The notes under the pieces were generated by a model. It was not told where the DNA came from. It did no database searches and saw nothing but the letters and a program-made list of their open reading frames with translations. Source: Carcharhinus longimanus (lineage: Eukaryota). From it: a stretch of 64,000 nucleotides of DNA. The stretch lies in the NCBI GenBank assembly GCA_030264375.1, contig JASCQW010000027.1, positions 73,979,277-74,043,276 on the forward strand. The letters run 5' to 3'. The translations under genes were made by a program, and so were the position numbers. This document shows positions 63,960 to 64,000 of this stretch, piece after piece (the first letter of the stretch is position 1; each line of letters begins with the position of its first letter).

Positions 63960-64000
63960 ACCTATCATCCTTCGTAACTAAGAATGTCAAGGAAATAGAA
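63960..64000 (+). CDS. KIF3C: KIF3C-like kinesin, second coding exon (runs off window)
   Basis: Acceptor ttttattcttaatttacag| at 63959. Joined to the phase-1 G of the previous exon it reads D-LSSFVTKNVKEIE, the exact continuation of the motor domain (KNVKE is KIF3C-type; KIF3B has KSVKE). Confidence 0.92.

Noticed and set aside
1-64000. CRISPR arrays, rRNA genes or prokaryote-type operons
   Set aside because: None seen; the sequence is vertebrate genomic DNA with no regularly spaced repeat-spacer arrays.

Overview
Repeat-rich eukaryotic genomic DNA with many assembly gaps. It is almost certainly from a cartilaginous fish (shark-type HE1/V-SINEs, DeuSINEs, CR1 LINEs, Penelope-like ends, PIF/Harbinger remnants). 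The only host protein-coding gene I can support is a kinesin-2 motor, best matching KIF3C: first coding exon 61710-62241, phase-1 intron, next exon from 63960 to the window end. A CpG island at ~10.1-11.0 kb carries a TCT/5'TOP-like start followed by very short ATG-less exons and short hairpin-rich introns. This resembles a non-coding snoRNA-host-type gene, or a distal 5'UTR for the kinesin; it is my best candidate for an undescribed locus, but it is unconfirmed. Several Penelope-like element ends retain minimal hammerhead-ribozyme cores (CUGANGA-stem II-GAAA). Nearly all ORFs in the supplied track are transposon debris, gap artefacts or chance frames. Repeat boundaries are approximate and family names come from motif recognition, not database searches.
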